The notes under the pieces were generated by a model. It worked only from the letters and a program-made list of their open reading frames with translations, made no database searches and was not told the origin of the DNA. A DNA stretch of 64,000 nt, from assembly GCA_964016885.1 (NCBI GenBank), contig OZ024741.1, forward strand, positions 260,152,001-260,216,000, read 5' to 3'. Origin of the DNA: Eledone cirrhosa (Eukaryota). Below, piece after piece: positions 26,301 to 37,200 of this stretch (the first letter of the stretch is position 1; every line of letters begins with the position of its first letter). Position numbers and translations under genes: made by a program.

Positions 26301-28091
26301 TCGAAACACTCGTAAGTCGAAACACTCGTATGTCGAAACATCCGTAAATCAGAACACTCGTAAGTCGAAACACTCGTAAGTCGAAACACCCGTAAGTCGG
26401 AACACTCGTAAGTCGAAACACTCGTAAGTCGAAACACCCATAGCCGAAACACTCGTAAGTCGGAACACACGTAAGTCAGAACACCCGTAAGTCAGAACAC
26501 TCGTAAGTCAGAACACTCGTAAGTCAGAACACTCGTAAGTCAGAGCACTCGTATCGAAACACTCGTATGTCAAAACACCCGTAAGTCAAAACACTCGTAA
26601 GTCAAAACACTCGTAAGTCGAAACACTCGTGAGCCGAAAATACTCGTAATTCGGAACACCCGTAAGCCGAAACCCTCGCAGGTCGGAACACTCGTAAGTC
26701 GAAACACTCGTAAGACGAAACACCCGTAAGTCGGAACACTCGTAAGTCAGAATACTCGTAAGTCGAAACACTCGTAAACCGGAACACCCGTAAGGCAAAA
26801 CATTCGTAAGTCAAAACACTCGTAAGTCGAAACACTCGTAAGCCGAAACACTCGTAAGTCGAAACACTCGTAAGTCGAAACACCCGTAAGTCGAAACATC
26901 CGTAAGTCAAAACACTCGTATGTCGAAACACTCGTAAGCCGAAACACTCGTAAGTCGGAACACTCGCAAGTCAGAACACTCGTAAGTCAGAACACTCGTA
27001 AGTTGAAACACTCGTAAGTCGAAACACCCGTAAGTCGAAACGCCCGTAAGTCAAAACACTCGTATGTCGAAACAATCGCAAGCCGAAAAACCGTAAGTCA
27101 AAACACTCGTAAGTCGAAACACTCGTAAGCGGAAACACTCGTAAGCGAAAACATTCGTAAGTCGAAACACTCGTAACCCGAAACACTCGCAAGTCGAAAC
27201 ACTCGAAAGCCGAAACACTCGTAAGTCGGAACACTCGTAAGTCAGAACACCCGTAAGTCAGAACACTCGTAAGTCGAAACACTCGTAAGCCGAAACAATC
27301 GTAAGTCGAAGCACTCGTAATCCTAAACACTCTTAAGTCGAAACACTCGTAAGTCGGAACACTCGCAAGTCAGAACACTCGTAAGTCAGAACACTCGTAA
27401 GTCGAAACACTCGTAAGCCGAAACACCCGTAAGTCAAAACATCCGTAAGTCAAAACATTCGTAAGTCGAAACACCCGTAGTCGAAACACTCGCAAGTCGA
27501 AACACTCGTAAGTCGTAACACTCGTAAATCAGAACACCCGCAAGTCAAAACACTCGTAAATCAGAACACTCTTAAGTCGAAACTCACGTAAGACGAAACA
27601 CTCGTAAGTCGAAACACGTGTAAGTCAAAACACTCGTAAGTCAAAACACTCGTAAGCCGAAACACTCGTAAGCAGAAACCCTCGTAGGTCGGAACACTCG
27701 TAAGTCGAAACACTCGTAAGTCGAAACACCCGTAAGTCGGAACACTCGTAAGTCAGAATACTCGTAAGTCGAAACACTCGTAAACCGGAACACCCGTAAG
27801 GCAAAACATTCGTAAGTCAAAACACTCGTAAGTCGAAACACTCGTAAGCCGAAACACTCGTAAGTCGAAACACTCGTAAGTCGAAACACTCGTAAGTCGA
27901 AACACTCGTAACCCGAAACACTCGTAAGTCGAAACACTCGTAAGTCGAAACACTCGTAAGTCAGAGCACCCGTAAGTCAGAACACTCGTAGTCAGAACAC
28001 TCGTAAGTCAATACACTCGTAAGTCGAAACACCCGTAAGTTGAAACATCCGTAAGTCAAAACACTCGTATGTCTAAACACTCGTAAGCCGA

Positions 28092-28130
28092 ACACAGAAA
28101 ACAGAAAACAGCAACAGCTAACAGCAACAG
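28092..28130 (+). other. Direct junction between satellite A and satellite B with templated 33-bp insertion
   Basis: ...TCGTAAGCCGA|ACACAG|AAAACAG AAAACAGCAACAGCTA ACAGCAACAG|AAAACAGCAACAGCTACAAC...; no unique DNA and no N gap between the arrays. Confidence 0.9.
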
Positions 28131-31051
28131 AAAACAGCAACAGCTACAACAACACTGGCACTGACAGAGAAAACAGCAACAACAACAACACTGGCACTGA
28201 CACAGAAAACAGCAACAACTACAACAACACTGGCACTGACAGTGAAAATAGCAACAACAACACTGGCACTGACACAGAAAACAGCAACAACAACAACACT
28301 GGCACTGACACAGAAAACAGCAACAACAGCAACAACACTGGCACTGACACAGAAAACAGCAACAATTACAACAACACTGGCACTGACAGAGAAAACAGCA
28401 ACAACTACAACAACACTGGCACTGACAGAGAAAACAGCAACAACAAAAACACTGGCACTGACACAGAAAACAGCAACAACTACAACAACACTGGCACTGA
28501 CACAGAAAACAGCAACAACTACAACAACACTGGCACTGACAGAGAAAACAGCAACAACTACAACAACACTGGCACTGACAGAGAAAACAGCAACAACTAC
28601 AACAACACTGGCACTGAAAGAGAAAACAGCAACAACTACAACAACACTGGCACTGACACAGAAAACAGCAACAACTACAACAACTCTGGCACTGACAGAG
28701 AAAACAGCAACAACAACAGTGGCACTGACACAGAAAACAGCAACAACTACAACAACACTGGCACTGACAGTGAAAACAGCAACAACAACAACACTGGCAC
28801 TGACACAGAAAACAGCAACAACTACAACAACACTGGCACTAACACAGAAAACAGCAACAACTACAACATCACTGGCACTGACAGAGAAAACAGCAACAGC
28901 AACAACACTGGCACTGACAGTGGAAATAGCAACAACAACAACACTGGCACTGACACAGAAAACAGCAACAACAACCCTGGCACTGACACAGAAAACAGCA
29001 ACAACTACAACAACACTGGCACTGACAGAAAAAACAGCAACTACAACACTGGCACTGACAGAGAAAACAGCAGCAACAACAACAACACTGGCACTGACAG
29101 CGAAAACAGCAACAACTACAACAACACTGGCACTGACACAGAAAACAGCAACAACTACAACAACACTGGCACTGACAGAGAAAACAGCAACAACTACAAC
29201 AACACTGGCACTGAAAGAGAAAACAGCAACAACTACAACAACACTGGCACTGACACAGAAAACAGCAACAACTACAACAACTCTGGCACTGACAGAGAAA
29301 ACAGCAACAACTACAACAACACTGGCACTGACACAGAAAACAGCAACAACTACAACAACACTGGCACTGACACAGAAAACAGCAACAACAACAACACTGG
29401 CACTGACAGAGAAAACAGCAACAACAACAACACCGGCACTGACACAGAAAACAGCAACAACTACAACAACACTGGCACTGACAGAGAAAACAGCAACAAC
29501 TACAACAACACTGGCACTGACAGAGAAAACAGCAACAACAACAACACTGGCACTGACACAGAAAACAGCAACAACAACAACACTGGCACTGACACAGAAA
29601 ACAGCAACAACAACAACACTGGCACTGACAGAGAAAACAGCAACAACAACAACACCGGCACTGACACAGAAAACAGCAACAACTACAACAACACTGGCAC
29701 TGACAGAGAAAACAGCAACAACTACAACAACACTGGCACTGACAGAGAAAACAGCAACAACAACAACACTGGCACTGACACAGAAAACAGCAACAACAAC
29801 AACACTGGCACTGACACAGAAAACAGCAACAACAACAACACTGGCACTGACAGAGAAAACAGCAACAACTACAACAACACTGGCACTGACAGAGAAAACA
29901 GCAACAACTACAACAACACTGGCACTGACACAGAAAACAGCAACAACTACAACAACACTGGCACTGACACAGAAAACAGCAACAACAACAACACTGGCAC
30001 TGGCACAGAAAACAGCAACAACAACAACACTGGCACTGACACAGAAAACAGCAACAACAACAACACTGGCACTGACAGAGAAAACAGCAACAACAACAAC
30101 ACAGGCACTGACACAGAAAACAGCAACAACTACAACAACACTGGCACTGACAGAGAAAACAGCAACAACAACAACACTGGCACTGACAGAGAAAACAGCA
30201 ACAACTACAACAACACTGGCACTGACAGAGAAAACAGCAACAACTACAACAACACTGGCACTGACAGAGAAAACAGCAACAACTACAACAACACTGACAC
30301 TGACACAGAAAACAGCAACAACTACAACAACACTGGCACTGACACAGAAAACAGCAACAGCTACAACAACACTGGCACTGACAGAGAAAACAGCAACAAC
30401 AACAACACTGGCACTGACACAGAAAACAGCAACAACTACAACAACACTGGCACTGACAGTGAAAATAGCAACAACAACACTGGCACTGACACAGAAAACA
30501 GCAACAACAACAACACTGGCACTGACACAGAAAACAGCAACAACAGCAACAACACTGGCACTGACACAGAAAACAGCAACAATTACAACAACACTGGCAC
30601 TGACAGAGAAAACAGCAACAACTACAACAACACTGGCACTGACAGAGAAAACAGCAACAACAAAAACACTGGCACTGACACAGAAAACAGCAACAACTAC
30701 AACAACACTGGCACTGACACAGAAAACAGCAACAACTACAACAACACTGGCACTGACAGAGAAAACAGCAACAACTACAACAACACTGGCACTGACAGAG
30801 AAAACAGCAACAACTACAACAACACTGGCACTGAAAGAGAAAACAGCAACAACTACAACAACACTGGCACTGACACAGAAAACAGCAACAACTACAACAA
30901 CTCTGGCACTGACAGAGAAAACAGCAACAACTACAACAACACTGGCACTGACACAGAAAACAGCAACAACTACAACAACACTGGCACTGACACAGAAAAC
31001 AGCAACAACTACAACTACACTGGCACTGACACAGAAAACAGCAACAACAAC
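28092..31051 (+). repeat. Satellite B, A/C-rich orientation: 33-42 bp monomer, modal 36/39 bp
   Basis: Consensus CTGGCACTGACA(C/G)AGAAAACAGCAACAACTACAACAACA; length varies with the number of AAC triplets. Internal block repeated at offset 2217 (GTGAAAATA at 28242 and 30459 with the same following variant series). Confidence 0.98.
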
Positions 31052-31251
31052 NNNNNNNNNNNNNNNNNNNNNNNNNNNNNNNNNNNNNNNNNNNNNNNNN
31101 NNNNNNNNNNNNNNNNNNNNNNNNNNNNNNNNNNNNNNNNNNNNNNNNNNNNNNNNNNNNNNNNNNNNNNNNNNNNNNNNNNNNNNNNNNNNNNNNNNNN
31201 NNNNNNNNNNNNNNNNNNNNNNNNNNNNNNNNNNNNNNNNNNNNNNNNNNN
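31052..31251. other. Assembly gap of exactly 200 N
   Basis: Run of 200 N. The round length indicates a placeholder scaffold join of unknown true size. Confidence 0.98.
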
Positions 31252-34200
31252 TGTTTTCTCTGTCAGTGCCAGTGTTTTTGTTGTTGCTGTTTTCTGTGTC
31301 AGTGCCAGTGTTGTTCTAGTTGTTGATGTTTTCTGTGCCAGTGCCAGTGTTGTTGTAGTTGTTGCTGTTTTCTCTGTCAGTGCCAGTGTTGTTGTAGTTG
31401 TTGCTGTTTTCTCTGTCAGTGCCAGTGTTGTTGTAGTTGTTGCTGTTTTCTGTGTCAGTGCCAGTGTTGTTGTTGTTGCTGTTTTCTCTGTCAGTGCCAG
31501 TGTTGTTGTTGCTGTTTTCTCTGTCAGTGCCAGTGTTGTTGTTGTTGCTGTTTTCTGTGTCAGTGCCATTGTTATTGCTGTTGTTGCTGTTTTCTATGTC
31601 AGTGCCAGTGTTGTTGTTGCTGTTGTTGCTGTTTTCTGTGTCAGTGCCACTGTTGTTGTTGCTGTTTTCTGTGTCTGTGCCAGTGTTGTTGTTGTTGCTG
31701 TTTTCTCTGTCAGTGCCAGTGTTGTTGTTGCTGTTTTCTCTGTCAGTGCCAGTGTTGTTGTTGTTGCTGTTTTCTGTGTCAGTGCCAGTGTTGTTGTAGT
31801 TGTTGCTGTTTTCTGTGTCAGTGCCAGTGTTGTTGTAGTTGTTGCTGTTTTCTGTGTCAGTGCCAGTGTTGTTGTAGTTGTTGCTGTTTTCTCTGTGAGT
31901 GCCAGTGTTGTTGTAGTTGTTGCTGTTTTCTGTGTCAGTGCCAGTGTTGTTGTAGTTGTTGCTGTTTTCTTTGTCAGTGCCAGTGTTGTTGTTGCTGTTT
32001 TCTCTGTCAGTGCCAGTGTTGTAGTTGTTGCTGTTTTCTCTGTCAGTGCCAGTGTTGTTGTTGTTGTTGCTGTTTTCTCTGTCAGTGCCAGTGTTGTTGT
32101 TGTTGCTATTTTCACTGTCAGTGCCAGTGTTGTTGTTGTTGTTGCTATTTTCACTGTCAGTGCCAGTGTTGTTGTTGTTACTGTTGCTGTTTTCTGTGTC
32201 AGTGCCAGTGTTGTTGTTGTTACTGTTGCTGTTTTCTGTGCCAGTGCCAGTGTTATTGTTGCTGTTGTTGCTGTTTTCTCTGTCAGTGCCAGTGTTGTAG
32301 TTGTTGCTGTTTTCTCTGTCAGTGCCAGTGTTGTTGTAGTTGTTGCTGTTTTCTGTGTCAGTGCCAGTGTTGTTGTTGTTGCTGTTTTCTGTGTCAGTGC
32401 CAGTGTTGTTGTTGTTGCTATTTTCACTGTCAGTGCCAGTGTTGTTGTAGTTGTTGCTGCTTTCTCTGTCAGTGCCAGTGTTGTTGTAGTTGTTTCTGTT
32501 TTCTGTGTTAGTGCCAGTGTTGTTGTTGTTGCTGTTTTCTCTGTCAGTGCCAGTGTTGTTGTAGTTGTTGCTGTTTTCTGTGTCAGTGCCACTGTTGTTG
32601 TTGCTGTTTTCTGTGTCTGTGCCAGTGTTGTTGTTGTTGCTGTTTTCTCTGTCAGTGCCAGTGTTGTTGTTGCTGTTTTCTCTGTCAGTGCCAGTGTTGT
32701 TGTTGTTGCTGTTTTCTGTGTCAGTGCCAGTGTTGTTGTAGTTGTTGCTGTTTTCTGTGTCAGTGCCAGTGTTGTTGTATTTGTTGCTGTTTTCTGTGTC
32801 AGTGCCGGTGTTGTTGTAGTTGTTGCTGTTTTCTGTGTCAGTGCCAGTGTTGTTGTAGTTGTTGCTGTTTTCTCTGTCAGTGCCAGTGTTGTTGTTGTTG
32901 CTGTTTTCTCTGTCAGTGCCAGTGTTGTTGTAGTTGTTGCTGTTTTCTCTGTCAGTGCCAGTGTTGTTGTTGTTGCTGTTTTCTCTGTCAGTGCCAGTGT
33001 TGTTGTAGTTGTTGCTGTTTTCTGTGTCAGTGCCAGTGTTGTTGTAGTTGTTGCTGTTTTCTGTGTCAGTGCCGGTGTTGTTGTTGTTGCTGTTTTCTCT
33101 GTCAGTGCCAGTGTTGTGGTTGCTGTTTTCTCTGTCAGTGCCAGTGTTGTTGTAGTTGTTGCTGTTTTCTGTGTCAGTGCCAGTGTTGTTGTAGTTGTTG
33201 CTGTTTTCTCTGTCAGTGTCAGTGTTGTTGTAGTTGTTGCTCTTTTCTGTGTCAGTGCCAGTGTTATTGTTGCTGTTTTCTCTGTCAGTGCCAGTGTTGT
33301 TGTTGCTGTTGTTGCTGTTTTCTGTGTCAGTGCCAGTGTTGTTGTTGCTGTTTTCTCTGTCAGTGACAGTGTTGTTGTAGTTGTTGCTGTTTTCTGTGTC
33401 AGTGCCAGTGTTGTTGTAGATGTTGCTGTTTTCTCTATCAGTGCCAGTGTTGTTGTAGTTGTTGCTGTTTTCTGTGTCAGTGCCAGTGTTGTTGTTGTTG
33501 CTGTTTTCTCTGTCAGTGCCAGTGTTGTTGTAGTTGTTGCTGTTTTCTCTGTCAGTGCCAGTTTTGTTGTAGTTGTTGCTGTTTTCTGTGTCAGTGCCAG
33601 TGTTGTTGTAGTTGTTGCTGTTTTCTCTGTCAGTGCCAGTGTTGTTGTTGCTGTTTTCTCTGTCAGTGCCAGTGTTGTAGTTGTTGCTGTTTTCTCTGTC
33701 AGTGCCAGTGTTGTTGTTGTTGTTGCTGTTTTCTCTGTCAGTGTTGTTGTTGTTGCTATTTTCACTGTCAGTGCCAATGTTGTTGTTGTTGCTGTTTTCT
33801 GTGTCAGTGCCAGTGTTGTTGTTGTTACTGTTGCTGTTTTCTGTGTCAGTGCCAGTCTTGTTGTTGTTACTGTTGCTGTTTTCTGTGCCAGAGCCAGTGT
33901 TATTGTTGCTGTTGTTGCTGTTTTCTGTGTCAGTGCCACTGTTGTTGTTGCTGTTTTCTGTGTCAGTGCCAGTGTTGTTGTTGCTGTTGTTGCTGTTTTC
34001 TGTGTCAGTGCCAGTGTTGGTGCTGTTGTTGCTGTTTTCTGTGTCAGTGCCAGTGTTGTTGTTGCTGTTGATGCTGTTTTCCGTGCCAGTGTTGTTGTAG
34101 TTGTTGCTGTTTTCTGTTTCAGTGCCGGTGTTGTTGTTGTATCTGTTTTCTCTGTCAGTGCCAGTGTTGTTGTTTTTGCTGTTTTCTGTGTCAGTGCCAG

Positions 34201-37200
34201 TGTTGTTGTAGTTGTTGCTGTTTTCTGTGTCAGTGCCAGTGTTGTTGTAGTTGTTGCTGTTTTCTGTGTCAGTGCCAGTGTTGTTGTAGTTGTTGCTGTT
34301 TTCTCTGTCAGTGCCAGTGTTGTTGTAGTTGTTGCTGTTTTCTCTGTCAGTGCCAGTGTTGTTGTAGTTGTTGCTCTTTTCTGTGTCAATGCCAGTGTTG
34401 TTGTTGCTGTTTTCTCTGTCAGTGCCAGTGTTGTTGTAGTTGTTGCTCTTTTCTGTGTCAGTGCCAGTGTTATTGTTGCTGTTTTCTCTGTCAGTGCCAG
34501 TGTTGTTGTTGCTGTTGTTGCTGTTTTCTGTGTCAGTGCCAGTGTTGTTGCTGTTGCTGTTTTCTCTGTCAGTGCCAGTGTTGTTGTAGTTGTTGCTGTT
34601 TTCTCTGTCAGTGCCAGTGTTGTAGTTGTTGCTGTTTTCTGTGTCAGTGCCAGTGTTGTTGTTGTTGCTGTTTTCTCTGTCAGTGCCAGTGTTGTTGTAG
34701 TTGTTGCTGTTTTCTCTGTCAGTGCCAGTGTTGTTGTAGTTGTTGCTGTTTTCTGTGTCAGTGCCGGTGTTGTTGTTGTTGCTGTTTTCTCTGTCAGTGC
34801 CAGTGTTGTTGTTGTTGCTGTTTTCTCTGTCAGTGCCAGTGTTTGTGTTGTTGCTGTTTTCTGTGTCAGTGCCAGTGTTGTTGTTGTTGCTGTTTTCTGT
34901 GTCAGTGCCAGTGTTGTTGTAGTTGTTGCTGTTTTCTGTGTCAGTGCCAGTGTTGTTGTTGTTGCTGTTTTCTCTGTCAGTGCCAGTGTTGTTGTAGTTG
35001 TTGCTGTTTTCTGTGTCAGTGCCAGTGTTATTGTAGCTGTTGCTGTTTTCTCTGTCAGTGCCAGTGTTGTTGTAGTTGTTGCTGTTTTCTGTGTCAGTGC
35101 CAGTGTTGTTGTTGCTGTTTTCTCTGTCAGTGCCAGTGTTGTTGTAGTTGTTGCTGTTTTCTCTGTCAGTGTCAGTTTTGTTGTAGTTTTTGCTGTTTTC
35201 TGTGTCAGTGCCAGTGTTGTTGTACTTATTGCTGTTTTCTGTGTCAGTGCCACTGTTGTTGTTGCTGTTTTCTGTGTCAGTGCCAGTGTTGTTGTTGTTG
35301 CTGTTTTCTCTGTCAGTGCCAGTGTTGTTGTTGCTGTTTTCTCTGTCAGTGCCAGTGTTGTTGTTGTTGCTGTTTTCTGTGTCAGTGCCATTGTTATTGC
35401 TGTTGTTGCTGTTTTCTATGTCAGTGCCAGTGTTGTTGTTGCTGTTGTTGCTGTTTTCTGTGTCAGTGCCAGTGTTGTTGCTGTTGCTGTTTTCTCTGTC
35501 AGTGCCAGTGTTGTTGTAGTTTTTGCTGTTTTCTGTGTCAGTGCCAGTGTTGTTGTACTTATTGCTGTTTTCTGTGTCAGTGCCACTGTTGTTGTTGCTG
35601 TTTTCTCTGTCAGTGCCAGTGTTGTTGTAGTTGTTGCTGTTTTCTCTGTCAGTGCCAGTGTTGTTGTTGTTGCTGTTTTCTGTGTCAGTGCCAGTGTTGT
35701 TGCTGTTGTTGCTGTTTTCTGTGTCAGTGCCAGTGTTGTTGTTGCTGTTGATGCTGTTTTCCGTGCCAGTGTTGTTGTAGTTGTTGCTGTTTTCTGTTTC
35801 AGTGCCGGTGTTGTTGTTGTATCTGTTTTCTCTGTCAGTGCCAGTGTTGTTGTTTTGCTGTTTTCTGTGTCAGTGCCAGTGTTGTTGTAGTTGTTGCTGT
35901 TTTCTGTGTCAGTGCCAGTGTTGTTGTAGTTGTTGCTGTTTTCTGTGTCAGTGCCAGTGTTGTTGTAGTTGTTGCTGTTTTCTCTGTCAGTGCCAGTGTT
36001 GTTGTAGTTGTTGCTGTTTTCTCTGTCAGTGCCAGTGTTGTTGTAGTTGTTGCTCTTTTCTGTGTCAGTGCCACTGTTGTTGTTGCTGTTTTCTGTGTCT
36101 GTGCCAGTGTTGTTGTTGTTGCTGTTTTCTCTGTCAGTGCCAGTGTTGTTGTTGCTGTTTTCTCTGTCAGTGCCAGTGTTGTTGTTGTTGCTGTTTTCTG
36201 TGTCAGTGCCAGTGTTGTTGTAGTTGTTGCTGTTTTCTGTGTCAGTGCCAGTGTTGTTGTAGTTGTTGCTGTTTTCTGTGTCAGTGCCAGTGTTGTTGTA
36301 GTTGTTGCTGTTTTCTCTGTGAGTGCCAGTGTTGTTGTAGTTGTTGCTGTTTTCTGTGTCAGTGCCAGTGTTGTTGTAGTTGTTGCTGTTTTCTTTGTCA
36401 GTGCCAGTGTTGTTGTTGTTGCTGTTTTCTCTGCCAGTGCCAGTGTTGTAGTTGTTGCTGTTTTCTCTGTCAGTGCCAGTGTTGTTGTTGTTGTTGCTGT
36501 TTTCTCTGTCAGTGCCAGTGTTGTTGTTGTTGCTATTTTCACTGTCAGTGCCAGTGTTGTTGTTGTTGTTGCTATTTTCACTGTCAGTGCCAGTGTTGTT
36601 GTTACTGTTGCTGTTTTCTGTGTCAGTGCCAGTGTTGTTGTTGTTACTGTTGCTGTTTTCTGTGCCAGTGCCAGTGTTATTGTTGCTGTTGTTGCTGTTT
36701 TGTCTGTCAGTGCCAGTGTTGTGGTTGTTGCTGTTTTCTCCGTCAGTGCCAGTGTTGTTGTAGTTGTTGCTGTTTTCTGTGTCAGTGCCAGTGTTGTTGT
36801 TGTTGCTGTTTTCTGTGTCAGTGCCAGTGTTGTTGTTGTTGCTATTTTCACTGTCAGTGCCAGTGTTGTTGTAGTTGTTGCTGCTTTCTCTGTCAGTGCC
36901 AGTGTTGTTGTAGTTGTTTCTGTTTTCTGTGTTAGTGCCAGTGTTGTTGTTGTTGCTGTTTTCTCTGTCAGTGCCAGTGTTGTTGTAGTTGTTGCTGTTT
37001 TCTGTGTCAGTGCCACTGTTGTTGTTGCTGTTTTCTGTGTCTGTGCCAGTGTTGTTGTTGTTGCTGTTTTCTCTGTCAGTGCCAGTGTTGTTGTTGCTGC
37101 TTTCTCTGTCAGTGCCAGTGTTGTTGTTGTTGCTGTTTTCTGTGTCAGTGCCAGTGTTGTTGTAGTTGTTGCTGTTTTCTGTGTCAGTGCCAGTGTTGTT

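Larger units (their letters stand above)
1..28091. repeat. Satellite A: 16-bp tandem repeat, consensus TCGTAAGTCGAAACAC
   Basis: Continuous head-to-tail array from the window start to the junction. Recurrent variants after TAAG (TCGA, CCGA, TCGG, TCAG, TCAA, CCAA) and in ACACTC (ACACCC, ACATTC, ACATCC), plus occasional 14-15 bp deletion monomers (GTATCGAAACACTC, GTAGTC). Roughly 1700 monomers by length. The array may extend left of the window. Confidence 0.99.

Noticed and set aside
274-27953. Many minus-strand ORFs of 60-210 aa (LRVFRLTSVSTYECFD repeats)
   Set aside because: A 16-bp period gives the same 16-aa peptide in all three frames. ORF ends simply track TCAG/TCAA variants (TGA on minus), most starts are GTG/TTG, and no domain is recognisable.
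1-28091. Plasmid or phage iterons, or a prokaryotic origin
   Set aside because: About 1700 copies over 28 kb with no rep or other gene, in a gapped scaffold, fit eukaryotic satellite DNA instead.
28242-31569. ORFs 28242-31319 (+) and 31015-31569 (-)
   Set aside because: They read through the N gap and across the orientation switch, and start at GTG codons that are repeat variants.
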